Origin: a virus
Lineage: Duplodnaviria; Caudoviricetes
Length of the DNA: 64,000 bases
Direction: 5' to 3' (one strand)
Virus record (IMG/VR): IMGVR_UViG_3300012983_000038
Coordinates: 1-64,000 of that record
This document shows positions 1-10,026 of the stretch, piece after piece. Under the pieces are notes generated by a model that did no database searches, was not told the DNA's origin, and was given only the letters and a program-made list of their open reading frames with translations. Within the stretch, counting starts at the first letter, position 1; every line of letters starts with the position of its first letter. A program made the translations under genes and the position numbers.

Positions 1-1305
1 AGTATATATTTAGTTCTAATAATCTAACTCAATTTTTGTCTAATCATATACGAGGATATTAATAGTAATGTTCAATTAAGGATGTCTTCGACCTCCCTTG
101 ACCAGGTATTTTACAATCCTGGAAAATTTCTTGTGCCATTTTTTGTAACTTTTTGCCACTTTAGTATTTTTTCAATTAGTTTTTCAGAATTTTCGAAAAT
201 TATAAATACCTAACTGTCAACTAATTATTTTTTAGTTTGTGCTTTTTTTTGAAATTTTCCACCCTTTTTTACAATATAGACGTTTTTTTATACCATTTTA
301 AGAGTTAAAGATATTCAGAACTTAAGATCGCTTAGAAAGCGATGAGTAGTTCTTATTAATATAACTCGGTTTTTGGTATTTTATAACGTCTTAGAGGTAA
401 ACTAAGAAAGAGATCGAAACCTTTTCCCTTACTGGTCAAAGCTTTCAATCTCATCTAAACCACCATTTTCGTTCATCTCCGTTTCACTCCAATTCACTAT
501 AATTTTGTGTTTTTTTTTGTAACTTTTTGAAAAAAGTAGCTTTTTTGTTAAAATTTTGGTAATTTTCAAAAATTATAAATATCTAATAATCAATTAATTA
601 ATTTTTTGTTTGTGTTTTTTTTTGTAACTTTTACCCCTTTTTACTATATAGACAGATTTTCAGAGTTAATAAACTAGAACTATTTTCTTACTGCTAAACC
701 AGAACTAAATAGTTCTAATAATCTAACTCAATTTTTGTCTAATCATATACGGGGATATTAATAGTAATGTTCAATTAAAAATATTTTTTTTTTGTAACTT
801 TTTGCAAAAATGGTGTTTTTTTATCGAATTTTCTAATTTTTCCAAAAATATAACTAATTGATAATTAATCAATTAAAAAATAAAATATTTTTTTTTGTAA
901 CTTTTACCCCTTTTTACTATATAGACGATTTTCAGAGTTAATAAACTAGAACTATTTTCTTACTGCTAAAGCAGTATATATTTAGTTCTAATAATCTAAC
1001 TCAATTTTTGTCTAATCATATACGAGGATATTAATAGTAATGTTCAATTAAGGATGTCTTCGACCTCCCTTGACCAGGTATTTTGCAATCCTGGAAAATT
1101 TCTTCAATTGGGAAAAAATTAATTTTTAAAATAGTCAGATAAATAAGTCTGGTGTTATTTTTTGTAATTTCTTGCTTTTTTAGTATTTTTCAATTAGTTT
1201 TCAGAATTTTTTTAGAATTACAAATATCTAACTATCAATTACTTAATTTTAAAAAAGGTGTTATTTTTTGTAACTTTTACCTTTTTTTACTATTTTTAAG
1301 ACGAT
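1..1305. repeat. AT-rich non-coding region with long direct repeats (candidate replication origin or regulatory region)
   Basis: 1-132 recurs at 973-1104 with 1 mismatch and partially at ~711-778. A unit like GTAACTTTTACCCCTTTTTACTATATAGAC occurs at ~251-282, 624-653, 897-926 and 1270-1302. ~658-699 recurs at ~930-970. No long ORFs. Confidence 0.85.
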
Positions 1306-1328
1306 AAAAAAAGAGTAAGAAATTAATT

Positions 1329-1562
1329 CTACTCTTCTTTCATTAATCTTTTTGCCACAGCTTCAATAAAATCATCAATGTAGATATCACTATAGAAGCA
1401 ATCAATTTTATCTTCAAATTGGACTATTCTTGCCAGTTCTCCATAAATTTCCTCACACCTATTAAAGACGAATTGACCTTTTCTAGACCAATTTGGGATC
1501 TCTTGTTGAAAAATTTTGTTTTTTACATCCTCAATTGTTTCTTTTAGTTTAGTTTCCTGCAT
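1329..1562 (-). CDS. hypothetical protein (77 aa)
   Basis: ATG start, phage-like composition, preceded by the CCTAATAAATGTAA motif. Confidence 0.65.
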   Translation of the reverse strand: MQETKLKETIEDVKNKIFQQEIPNWSRKGQFVFNRCEEIYGELARIVQFEDKIDCFYSDIYIDDFIEAVAKRLMKEE

Positions 1563-1587
1563 AATTTTAATATTTTATGGTTAATAT

Positions 1588-1601
1588 TTACATTTATTAG
1601 G
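1588..1601 (-). promoter_or_regulatory. putative phage promoter motif CCTAATAAATGTAA
   Basis: Identical 14-mer also at 6862-6875 (-); both lie just upstream of minus-strand ATGs. Confidence 0.5.
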
Positions 1602-1889
1602 GATTAAGACGAAGTTAGGAGAGAAATATGTAGCAAATCCTTTTAGGTGTAAGAGGAGAATATGAATAGTTTTTGCAAGAAAGCCCATTAATTACACTTG
1701 ATTGTTAAAAATTTAAAAGGGAAAAGCAGTACTATCCTAAAAGATCAGAGCTCCCTCATCTTAAGAAAAGACTTCCTTCTTTGTGGACAAGGAGTTACTA
1801 TTGTGAAACTATTGGTAGTACTAATGAAGAGGAAGCAAGGAAGTATACTGAGAATCAAAAAAGTGAAATAATATTAATAGAGATAAAAT

Positions 1890-3053
1890 ATGTTGAGAGC
1901 ATTTAGGTACGAGTTAAATCCGAATAAAACCCAGAGGAAGCTAATTAAGCAAACTTGTGGATGCTGTCGTCTAGTATATAATTATATGCTAGATGTAAAG
2001 AAAACTGCGTACGAAGAAGATAAAATTAATCTCTCGACATTTAATTTAATAAAGCTTATCACTAATCTAAAGAAGGATGATAAATATAGCTTTCTTAAAG
2101 ATGTTTCAATCAATGCATTGCAGCAATCCATTATTAATTTAGGGACTGCATATACTAATTTTTTTAGAAAGAAAAATAGTACAGGATTTCCTAAATTTAA
2201 GAAAAAAGGTGTGAGAGATAGCTTCAGAATACCTAAAGCTTGTAAAATAGATTACAATACTTGGAAAGTTAAGATTGCTAAGATCGGAGAAGTAAAGATA
2301 TTCAAGGGACGTAACAAACAGATAGCAGGTAAAATTAAATCTTATACAGTTAGTCATACTAGAAGAACAGACAGATACTTTATCTCTATCTTGTTTGAAG
2401 TTCCTGATAAGCCAAAATTAAATAATAATAAGTCTGTTGGTATTGATTTAGGAGTAAAAAACTTTGCAATATTAAGTGATGGAGAAGTATTTGAAAACCA
2501 AAAATACTTGAAATCTAATCTTAAGAAATTAAGAATATTACAAAGAACTGTTAGTAGAAGACATAAAAATAATGTCTCTACTGAAAAACAATCTAATAAC
2601 TGGAAAAAAGCAGTAAAACAACTTGCAAAATTACATGAACATATTGCCTTTCAGAGAAAAGACTTTTTGAATAAGGTAAGTACTGAAATAGCAAGAAATT
2701 ACTCTACTGTTTGTGTAGAAACATTAGATGTTAATAAGATGCTAATGAAAAGTAATCATCAATTGTCTCAATTAATATCTGATTGTGGATGGAGTATGTT
2801 CATTACAATGTTAGAGTATAAATGTGATACTTTAATAAAAGTTGATAAGTATTTTGCAAGTAGTCAAACATGTAGTAATTGCGGACATGTGGAAAGTAAA
2901 GTTAAAGATCTTTCTGTAAGATCTTGGATATGTCCTAATTGTAATACAGTACATAATAGAGATATAAATGCTGCAAAGAATATATTAAGGGAAGGACTAT
3001 CCCTTTGTGGACATAAAGTAAGTAATTGTACTATGCTTGTCCCAGGAACCTAA
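1890..3053 (+). CDS. tnpB: IS200/IS605-family RNA-guided endonuclease TnpB (no tnpA nearby)
   Basis: N-terminal HTH (AFRYELNPNKTQ...GCCRLVYN), RuvC-I GIDLG, RuvC-II VCVETL, zinc finger CSNC/CPNC, RuvC-III RDINAA; catalytic D-E-D intact. Confidence 0.95.
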   Translation: MLRAFRYELNPNKTQRKLIKQTCGCCRLVYNYMLDVKKTAYEEDKINLSTFNLIKLITNLKKDDKYSFLKDVSINALQQSIINLGTAYTNFFRKKNSTGFPKFKKKGVRDSFRIPKACKIDYNTWKVKIAKIGEVKIFKGRNKQIAGKIKSYTVSHTRRTDRYFISILFEVPDKPKLNNNKSVGIDLGVKNFAILSDGEVFENQKYLKSNLKKLRILQRTVSRRHKNNVSTEKQSNNWKKAVKQLAKLHEHIAFQRKDFLNKVSTEIARNYSTVCVETLDVNKMLMKSNHQLSQLISDCGWSMFITMLEYKCDTLIKVDKYFASSQTCSNCGHVESKVKDLSVRSWICPNCNTVHNRDINAAKNILREGLSLCGHKVSNCTMLVPGT

Positions 3054-3065
3054 TTAGTTTAATTA

Positions 3066-3602
3066 ATGGATATGGTCAGGAAAAAGATAGTAACAGCTGA
3101 GGACGTATTTAAAAAGTTCTTAAAGCTCAGTGATGAAGAGAAGAATGAGTTTTTGGTAAATATTAATAACTGGATAGACGAGGTATTTAACATTCAGAAG
3201 TATAATCAAGAGTTATCAGAATCGGAGGCTAAGGTAACGTTAATAGAGTTGCAGAATTTGGTAAAGAATAATAGCAACAATATATTTTTCACGAAGGAGG
3301 ACATTCTTAGCATATTAGATTCTGAGGATTTTAAGGAGAATGAGACTGATTTTGCCATAAAGGATATAGACGATGGTTTTTTCAATTTCAGGTTGCGTCA
3401 TAAGGGCAAGGCATTTTTAGTAGACAATAGGGGGGAATATCTTAAAATTTACGTAGATGAGAATACAGGCGCCATAAAGTTAGACATCAAGGCGTTTAAG
3501 ATCAAGGATATTACAGTAAATTTGTCTAGTATGTCAGAGGAGTTTCAGAATAAGGTAAAATCGGCAGTAATGGAGAAATATTTAGGCAAGAAGGTTAAAT
3601 AG
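3066..3602 (+). CDS. hypothetical protein (178 aa)
   Basis: Clean ORF followed by a terminator hairpin. Confidence 0.75.
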   Translation: MDMVRKKIVTAEDVFKKFLKLSDEEKNEFLVNINNWIDEVFNIQKYNQELSESEAKVTLIELQNLVKNNSNNIFFTKEDILSILDSEDFKENETDFAIKDIDDGFFNFRLRHKGKAFLVDNRGEYLKIYVDENTGAIKLDIKAFKIKDITVNLSSMSEEFQNKVKSAVMEKYLGKKVK

Positions 3603-3609
3603 TGTAGGC

Positions 3610-3656
3610 AAAAAAAATAAGTAGGAGGTATAATTAACACTTCCTACTTTTCTTTT
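3610..3656. terminator. bidirectional intrinsic terminator
   Basis: AAGTAGGA...TCCTACTT stem with an A-run before and a T-run after, between convergent genes. Confidence 0.75.
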
Positions 3657-3657
3657 C

Positions 3658-4617
3658 TCACTTAGATTTTCTGGAGCTCAATTTGTATCCTCTAGCTTTT
3701 ATTCTAGAAAAGGTTGGTTTAATATCAAAGTACTCGCTAAGGTCAATGATTCTAGGAGATTTATTTATTCCGTATTTATCATATATATCTTTCAGTCTAC
3801 TTTTTATTTCTTTTCCCTGTAATCTTTCGCCTATTTGGAATTCTTTGAAGATAATATTAGTTAGGTCTATTAAATCTTCGGCATCCATATTAATTTTTTC
3901 TTTTCTATTAATTTCGAGATCTATAACGCTATTATTAACAGGGGCGACATACATGCTACTAAGGAGGATTTCGGATTTGTTATCTATTATTTCTCCTTTA
4001 AATATTTTGAATTCTTTTCTAATAATTTTGGGTAAGAATTCGTAAACCTCTTCTATATCTATTTCCTCATTGACTATAGAATTTCTTACAAAGTCGAGTT
4101 TACCGTTATCAGTCAGAGTGCTCCACATTTTATCTAAGAAATTTTGGTGGTGTTGATTTAGTGCGATATATTTTCGAGCATAATAAAGATCGTCATTAGA
4201 ATATTCTTCAGCGAGTAGATTATAGATATCGCAGTCATATTTAATTCCGCTTCGATCTAGATTTTTGCTCGGGGTTAATCGCATTTTCTTCAACACGGTT
4301 TCAATTTCTTTTATTTTTGCGTTTATATCACTTTTATTTAGTATGTTTAGTTTTAGATTTTTCAGGTTATAGATTTCATGTTGTTTTATAATAGAGTCAA
4401 TTTTATCTACCAGACCTTCTTTTTTATATGATACGGAGTTTGGGTTAGATTCTTTATATTCCCAGAAGCATTCCCAAGGTCTCAGTACGTCTAGTAGTTG
4501 ATTAATATTTAAGTTACTAGTTGAAATTACCTTAGTTCCTTTAGGTAGTTGGTTTATTGAGCATTCTAGTAATTTAAGTTTATTTTCTTGAATTTGGTCT
4601 TCAATTACGTATATCAT
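3658..4617 (-). CDS. hypothetical DNA-binding protein; C-terminal winged-helix-like domain shared with 4745..6844; likely start ATG 4617 (MIYVIE)
   Basis: The track's start is TTG 4671; an in-frame ATG lies at 4617. The C-terminus FQIGERL..EIKSRLKDIYDKYGINK..DLSEYFDIK..GYKL aligns with the neighbour's FKIGDCI..DTKRIIQNLYADYNIDK..EIERFFVTK..GYKI. Confidence 0.7.
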   Translation of the reverse strand: MIYVIEDQIQENKLKLLECSINQLPKGTKVISTSNLNINQLLDVLRPWECFWEYKESNPNSVSYKKEGLVDKIDSIIKQHEIYNLKNLKLNILNKSDINAKIKEIETVLKKMRLTPSKNLDRSGIKYDCDIYNLLAEEYSNDDLYYARKYIALNQHHQNFLDKMWSTLTDNGKLDFVRNSIVNEEIDIEEVYEFLPKIIRKEFKIFKGEIIDNKSEILLSSMYVAPVNNSVIDLEINRKEKINMDAEDLIDLTNIIFKEFQIGERLQGKEIKSRLKDIYDKYGINKSPRIIDLSEYFDIKPTFSRIKARGYKLSSRKSK

Positions 4618-4744
4618 TTTTATTAGATTTTTAGGGTTAATATTAAAATTGTCTTCTATTTTTAAGGACAATGTTTGATTTCACGTGAGAAAATTAAAAG
4701 AGACACTAAGAATTCAATTTTCCTTAATATCTCTTTTTTGTTTT

Positions 4745-6844
4745 TTAGGTTAGCTCTCCCAGTATTTTGTAACCGTGAACATATTTCCCATTATCATCTT
4801 TAATTTTTATTCTTTTAGTCACGAAGAACCTTTCAATTTCACTAGCTTTAGCAATTTTATCAATATTATAGTCAGCGTAAAGGTTTTGAATAATTCTTTT
4901 AGTATCAGTTAAAGAAATACAGTCGCCTATTTTGAATTTACTTTTAATTTCCACATCGATTTTACACAATGAGAAGTTTATAATATTGTTCAGTTCTTTT
5001 TTTATATCGCTGTAATTATAACTGAGAGCTCTACATTTTTCCGGGCCAACAGTTTCATATATATTTTTAAAGATGATATCGATTTGGTCAAGGGCGTATA
5101 GTTTTAGTTCGTTATTTATTGAGTTATTAGTACAAATAAACTTAATCTTTTCTTTTAGGTTAGGTTGGTTTTCGAATTCCTTAATAAACTCCTGAATACT
5201 ATTACCTTTATTCAGATCAAAGTTATTAGTTAGGATAGATTTAATTACGCTTACTCTATTTTTATAATCTATCTGTTGTATTTCGAAAGCTCTAATATCA
5301 GATAAGTATACTAATTTATTGAATACTGGGAAAGGGTTATTTTTATCTGCATTATTGACAGAGATATAATCATTTAAGTAATATTGGTTCTCTGCGCAGA
5401 ATTTAAGTTTTTTCAATAATACAGATTTTTCGTTATCTGTTGTCAAGTTGTTATATAAAGACAATAGAGTTTCGGTTTCTTTTATTTTGTTTTCTATAAT
5501 TTTTTCAGATTCAGTTGCAGCGATATTATAGTCACTAGGTAGGTTTTTATAATAGAATTCTGCTCTATTTTTCCAAGGGTTTTCATCTAATCTTTGTCTA
5601 CCTAGGATCTGTGGTAAGTCTAAGTAAATATCAACTGCAAGAGATTCAATATTAGCATCACTTAAAACTATGGTCCTTGCGCAAGTACTATAGAAATCGG
5701 CACCTAGATAAACAGTTCTAGTACAAAAGGTAAACATTTTATGCGGTTCTCCTTTTTTTGGTATTCTACAAGTACTATCATCAATTAAATCAGAGAAGCT
5801 ACTACCTAATACTTTTCTAATTTTACTTTTATTTTTGACAGTATTTGCGCATAATATATTTACCTGATCCGCTTTTAGTCCGGTATCTTTAATTATGTTT
5901 ACTATATTACTTACGCTATTGATATAAAAAACTACCTCTTTTGATTGTACATGGATTAGATTACCGTGATTATCAATTTTAGTAGATATTTCAAATTTAT
6001 TATTCAAGTAGTCAAATATAATACTTTTAGCTTTTGTACTGATTGATTTTGTATACTTGATCTTTAAATTTGACTTCTTTGCTCTAGTTTCGTCCTCAGA
6101 GATCCAATCAAGTTCATAATATGGTAAGTCTTTAAATTCATCTAGCTGTTTCAAATACTTATCCATCATAGGAGTAGCAGAAACGAAACATACCTTATTA
6201 TTTCCCTGTAATTGTGATAAAAACTCTAACTCTGTTGATGCTTTAAATCTACTGTCAACTAATATACTTTGAAATTCATCTATGACTGTATAAAACTTGT
6301 CAAATATTCCTAAACCATTTAATACATCCTTTAGTACTTTATATGAGTCATAAGTTACTAGGATTTTTTTAGGTAGATTATTTTGCTCACAGTACATTAT
6401 ATAGTTTTTTAGGTCATTTTCTAAAGTTATTCTGAGACGCTTTATGTTCTCTCTAAATAATGTTTCCTGTTCTTGAGCTTTTATAATGGAATATATGGAT
6501 GCAGACTTTTTTACTAGCTTTACTTTATTACCTCCTATTAAGTCTCTATCAAATTTCTCACTTGATTCTAATTCATTCTTAAAGTAAAATACCTCATTAG
6601 AATGTTGACTCTCTTTATTTGATAGTAACATTTTTCTAGGAGAGCATAAAATTAAGTCTACTCTGCTACTTAGACAATATTCAGTATAGCCGCATCCTGG
6701 TATTTTCTTATTTAATATGTGCGGTGTCTGAAAAATAGGATCACTTAATGAATAGTCTTCCCAATCAGATATATACCTTACTCCTTTAGGCACTACTATT
6801 TTTATATTCTCATTTCTATCGTTTGGGTATATTAATTTTAACAT
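4745..6844 (-). CDS. SF2 helicase-like protein (DExx/SAT motifs, degenerate Walker A), possibly origin-binding type; likely start ATG 6844
   Basis: PGCGYT (Walker A-like), VIDEFQ, VSATP, GADFY and QILGRQR (motif VI). The promoter-like 14-mer at 6862-6875 lies inside the track's longer ORF, favouring Met22 as the start. Confidence 0.75.
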   Translation of the reverse strand: MLKLIYPNDRNENIKIVVPKGVRYISDWEDYSLSDPIFQTPHILNKKIPGCGYTEYCLSSRVDLILCSPRKMLLSNKESQHSNEVFYFKNELESSEKFDRDLIGGNKVKLVKKSASIYSIIKAQEQETLFRENIKRLRITLENDLKNYIMYCEQNNLPKKILVTYDSYKVLKDVLNGLGIFDKFYTVIDEFQSILVDSRFKASTELEFLSQLQGNNKVCFVSATPMMDKYLKQLDEFKDLPYYELDWISEDETRAKKSNLKIKYTKSISTKAKSIIFDYLNNKFEISTKIDNHGNLIHVQSKEVVFYINSVSNIVNIIKDTGLKADQVNILCANTVKNKSKIRKVLGSSFSDLIDDSTCRIPKKGEPHKMFTFCTRTVYLGADFYSTCARTIVLSDANIESLAVDIYLDLPQILGRQRLDENPWKNRAEFYYKNLPSDYNIAATESEKIIENKIKETETLLSLYNNLTTDNEKSVLLKKLKFCAENQYYLNDYISVNNADKNNPFPVFNKLVYLSDIRAFEIQQIDYKNRVSVIKSILTNNFDLNKGNSIQEFIKEFENQPNLKEKIKFICTNNSINNELKLYALDQIDIIFKNIYETVGPEKCRALSYNYSDIKKELNNIINFSLCKIDVEIKSKFKIGDCISLTDTKRIIQNLYADYNIDKIAKASEIERFFVTKRIKIKDDNGKYVHGYKILGELT

Positions 6845-6861
6845 CTCATAGTACAATTTGA

Positions 6862-6875
6862 TTACATTTATTAGG
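6862..6875 (-). promoter_or_regulatory. putative phage promoter motif CCTAATAAATGTAA
   Basis: Identical to 1588-1601; 17 nt upstream of ATG 6844. Confidence 0.5.
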
Positions 6876-6957
6876 ATTTTGGACGCTTTTCTAGTTTTTA
6901 GTGTCATCTTTGTGTATCAATTCCTTAATCATAGTTAATAATTTAATTTTTTAGGAA

Positions 6958-9900
6958 ATGGCAATAAAAAAATTTATAGATAGTACAGGTTTAGCTACTC
7001 TCTGGGAAAAAATAAAAGCTCTTATCCCAGGTATAGCTACTTCTTCAAAAGCTGGTATTGTTAAAAGTGGTGGAGATATTACTGTAGCAAGTGATGGTGC
7101 TGTTAGTGTGAATAATCATCTTAAGTTATCAGGAGGAACAATGACTGGTAATGTTAAGAAGAAGGAAGGTGATTATGTATCTTTAGTTCCATCCAAAGCA
7201 TATTCTTCATACTACTTGCAATTCATGAAGATTACCTATGTTGGAGCAAGTCTTGATGTTCCAATTGAGATTAGACTATTGGGAAGAGGTAGTCATCAAT
7301 ATATTATTCAGGTAAATAATAATGCTGGAGGCGTTAATGGTGTTACTTTTTATGAGGTTGGCAATTCTATTTCAAGCGGAATGGGAATATATTACAAATA
7401 CGACTCAACTGCAAAAACTTTATCATTATTATTCCATCATGCAGGAGGAGGCGGATGGGAGGCTGCAGCAGTAACTGATGTAATTGTTCCTAATAACCAC
7501 TACGATAAGTTTACATTTGATTATACTATTTCGGAGGTTGCAAGCACTGAAGGATGGACTAAAGCTTCTAGAACTACATTTCACTATGCAATTTCTGAAA
7601 GAGCTACTGGGGATAGTAATGGCAATAATATTTCAACTACTTACATGAAATGGAGTGACCTGAGAGATAATACCGCAGTAGGAGGAGTAGGCTGGTCTAG
7701 TAATGAAGCAGATAAAGTGCCAATTTCATCGAACACTCTCGCATATTGGAATGGAGCTTATATAGGAAACTACTCAAACTTACAAAAACTAGGTGACGAA
7801 TTATTCTTAAATGGTACAAAAGCTCTTAAGAATGCGGGTGATGATTGGCTAAGAATAAATGATGAGAAGACTTTTGCTAATGGAACTTTTTTCGGAACAG
7901 GATTAGTAAGAACAGATGGAAATTTTCGTGTAGGTCCTAATGCTGACACTGCTTTAGATGTAACTCAGTCTAAATTTACATGGAAGGGGGTTAATGTTGC
8001 TACTATTAATAGTACTGTGGCAAAGGCAGATGGATTAAGAGGAGGTCAGAGGTCTCGTAATAATAAATCCAGATATGTAGAGATTGGTAGGATTACGGTT
8101 CCAACTACTGCTTATTCTGACAAAGGTTTTTCAATTTTTATAAAAGGGCAACATAATACTAACATAGGAGATTGTTATATTTTTAACGTTGCATTGTACA
8201 CAGGAGCAAGTGCAAGTACCGTTAGTGCTAGAATATACTGTGCAATGGCTTCCAGAACGAATTACGATGAGGTTTTAGTAGGAGAATTAACATCTACTCA
8301 CTTAATTCTGTATTTTGATTGCGTATTACAAGCATATACATCTTGGGCATGGTCTATTTTGAATGATGCAGATGGTGATTTTGTTCCTTCATCTGGGAAT
8401 ACGTATGTAGCATCTATACCGTCAAGTGGAGGAACTAAGGTAGCACAGAGTAATAATATGTTAGCTATTAAAGATGGAGATGGTAATATAATCACTTCCA
8501 CTTACGCTACCAAGACAGAATTATCAGGTAAATTAAATAAAAGATGTGGATGGTGTGTCACAGATGACGCAACTCCATATTGGTTTCTTATTGCAGAGTA
8601 TACATGTGCGTCAGGATGGTTTGACTTGGGCACTACCTTTATTGCAAGTAGTAATTTTCTTAATCAAAGTGCAATTATTACAGCAAGGATCAGACAAGGC
8701 GCGTTGGGAGCAGTAGAAATATGTGAGTTATCATGTATTTCTAAGCAGAGTGGATTTCCACATAATCAACTAGCGATAGCGTATAAAGGGACAAGTGGAA
8801 GTAAGTCCGAGTTTCAGATTTGGGCAAAATGTGCGGCTCAATATCAAGGTATGTCTATAATGCCGTTATATAACGGAACAAGAGATAGGATTTCAAATTC
8901 GGCAGAGTATTGGACATTAAATCATGTAACTCATGATCATACGAATTACAGAGCTGCCGTAAATTCTGATGGGTTATTTACGCATCCTAATGGTTTCACT
9001 ATTAAATTGTGTACAGGCCCTGAGTATGCGACTAATACTAAATTAACTGATGGAAGTGTTACTAAGGTTGGAACTGCCACATTAGGATCTACAACTAAAC
9101 CTATTTACTTATCATCTGGTGTACCTACAACTGGAAGTACTTATGCAGGAGGAACAAAGGTGACATTAAATGGTTCAAGCAAAGCCGGCTCAACTGCAAC
9201 ATTTTATGCTCCAACTACCTATGGACCAAATGGACACGTACTTATTGCTAAAGGAAGTGGAACGGCTCCGACGTTTACAGATGCGTTACAGGTAATGAGT
9301 AATGGTCAACAAGAAAATTTGGGCGATCTGGCAATTCAATTTTACAGGCCCACTTGTTATCGTCAAATCCAATTAGTACAAGCAGGTGCCGTAGCTGAAT
9401 TTGATTACTCTAGTTATTCAAGTGCGGCTGTATCGGCGAACAGTACAATAAAATTTGTCTCGACTTCTAGTAATGTATTCCAACGTTCGATTGTGCCAGT
9501 TTTCTTCCACAAAGGGGCGAAGTTAATAATAGATGAATGTACGTCCGAAAGTAGTAGCATAACTGATTCAACTTTCACAACGGTTACTTATACTGCGAAG
9601 ACATCTGGATTGGTATTTGTTGGTGCATGGCCTTATGTATTTCATTTATCCTCTCATGAAATGTTTGATAAGACATTAGTGATTAGTAGCTTGTCGGATA
9701 GTAGGCTTACACTTGTTCAGTCATCAGGTTCGTCTTATTATGTGATAGATCTTAGCAGTAATAATATTTTATATGATGGTATAGTATTTGATATTCCAGA
9801 CAATAGTTATCCATCTGTAACTATAGGAAGTATAAAAATGAATAATATTCCTAATTGCCATGTAGTTAGATTGTATGCTAAGAGTGGAACAATCACTTTA

Positions 9901-10026
9901 AGTAGATTAGATACGGATTATAGTTTTGCAGTAACTCCAGGTGGAAGTAGTTATCATTATATAAATCGTAATTGTTATACAGAGGTAATGTGGTATGGTA
10001 ATAGATGGTTAACTAGGCAATACTAA
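6958..10026 (+). CDS. tail fibre / receptor-binding protein (1022 aa)
   Basis: Fibre motifs KFIDSTGLATLWEKIK, ATSSKAGIVKSGGDITV, LSGGTMTG, DGDGNIITSTYATK, GSTTKPIY; rich in G/S/T with repeated beta-rich knobs. Confidence 0.85.
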   Translation: MAIKKFIDSTGLATLWEKIKALIPGIATSSKAGIVKSGGDITVASDGAVSVNNHLKLSGGTMTGNVKKKEGDYVSLVPSKAYSSYYLQFMKITYVGASLDVPIEIRLLGRGSHQYIIQVNNNAGGVNGVTFYEVGNSISSGMGIYYKYDSTAKTLSLLFHHAGGGGWEAAAVTDVIVPNNHYDKFTFDYTISEVASTEGWTKASRTTFHYAISERATGDSNGNNISTTYMKWSDLRDNTAVGGVGWSSNEADKVPISSNTLAYWNGAYIGNYSNLQKLGDELFLNGTKALKNAGDDWLRINDEKTFANGTFFGTGLVRTDGNFRVGPNADTALDVTQSKFTWKGVNVATINSTVAKADGLRGGQRSRNNKSRYVEIGRITVPTTAYSDKGFSIFIKGQHNTNIGDCYIFNVALYTGASASTVSARIYCAMASRTNYDEVLVGELTSTHLILYFDCVLQAYTSWAWSILNDADGDFVPSSGNTYVASIPSSGGTKVAQSNNMLAIKDGDGNIITSTYATKTELSGKLNKRCGWCVTDDATPYWFLIAEYTCASGWFDLGTTFIASSNFLNQSAIITARIRQGALGAVEICELSCISKQSGFPHNQLAIAYKGTSGSKSEFQIWAKCAAQYQGMSIMPLYNGTRDRISNSAEYWTLNHVTHDHTNYRAAVNSDGLFTHPNGFTIKLCTGPEYATNTKLTDGSVTKVGTATLGSTTKPIYLSSGVPTTGSTYAGGTKVTLNGSSKAGSTATFYAPTTYGPNGHVLIAKGSGTAPTFTDALQVMSNGQQENLGDLAIQFYRPTCYRQIQLVQAGAVAEFDYSSYSSAAVSANSTIKFVSTSSNVFQRSIVPVFFHKGAKLIIDECTSESSSITDSTFTTVTYTAKTSGLVFVGAWPYVFHLSSHEMFDKTLVISSLSDSRLTLVQSSGSSYYVIDLSSNNILYDGIVFDIPDNSYPSVTIGSIKMNNIPNCHVVRLYAKSGTITLSRLDTDYSFAVTPGGSSYHYINRNCYTEVMWYGNRWLTRQY

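Noticed and set aside
6958-10026. Diversity-generating retroelement target in the fibre
   Set aside because: No reverse transcriptase and no template/variable repeat pair is visible in this window
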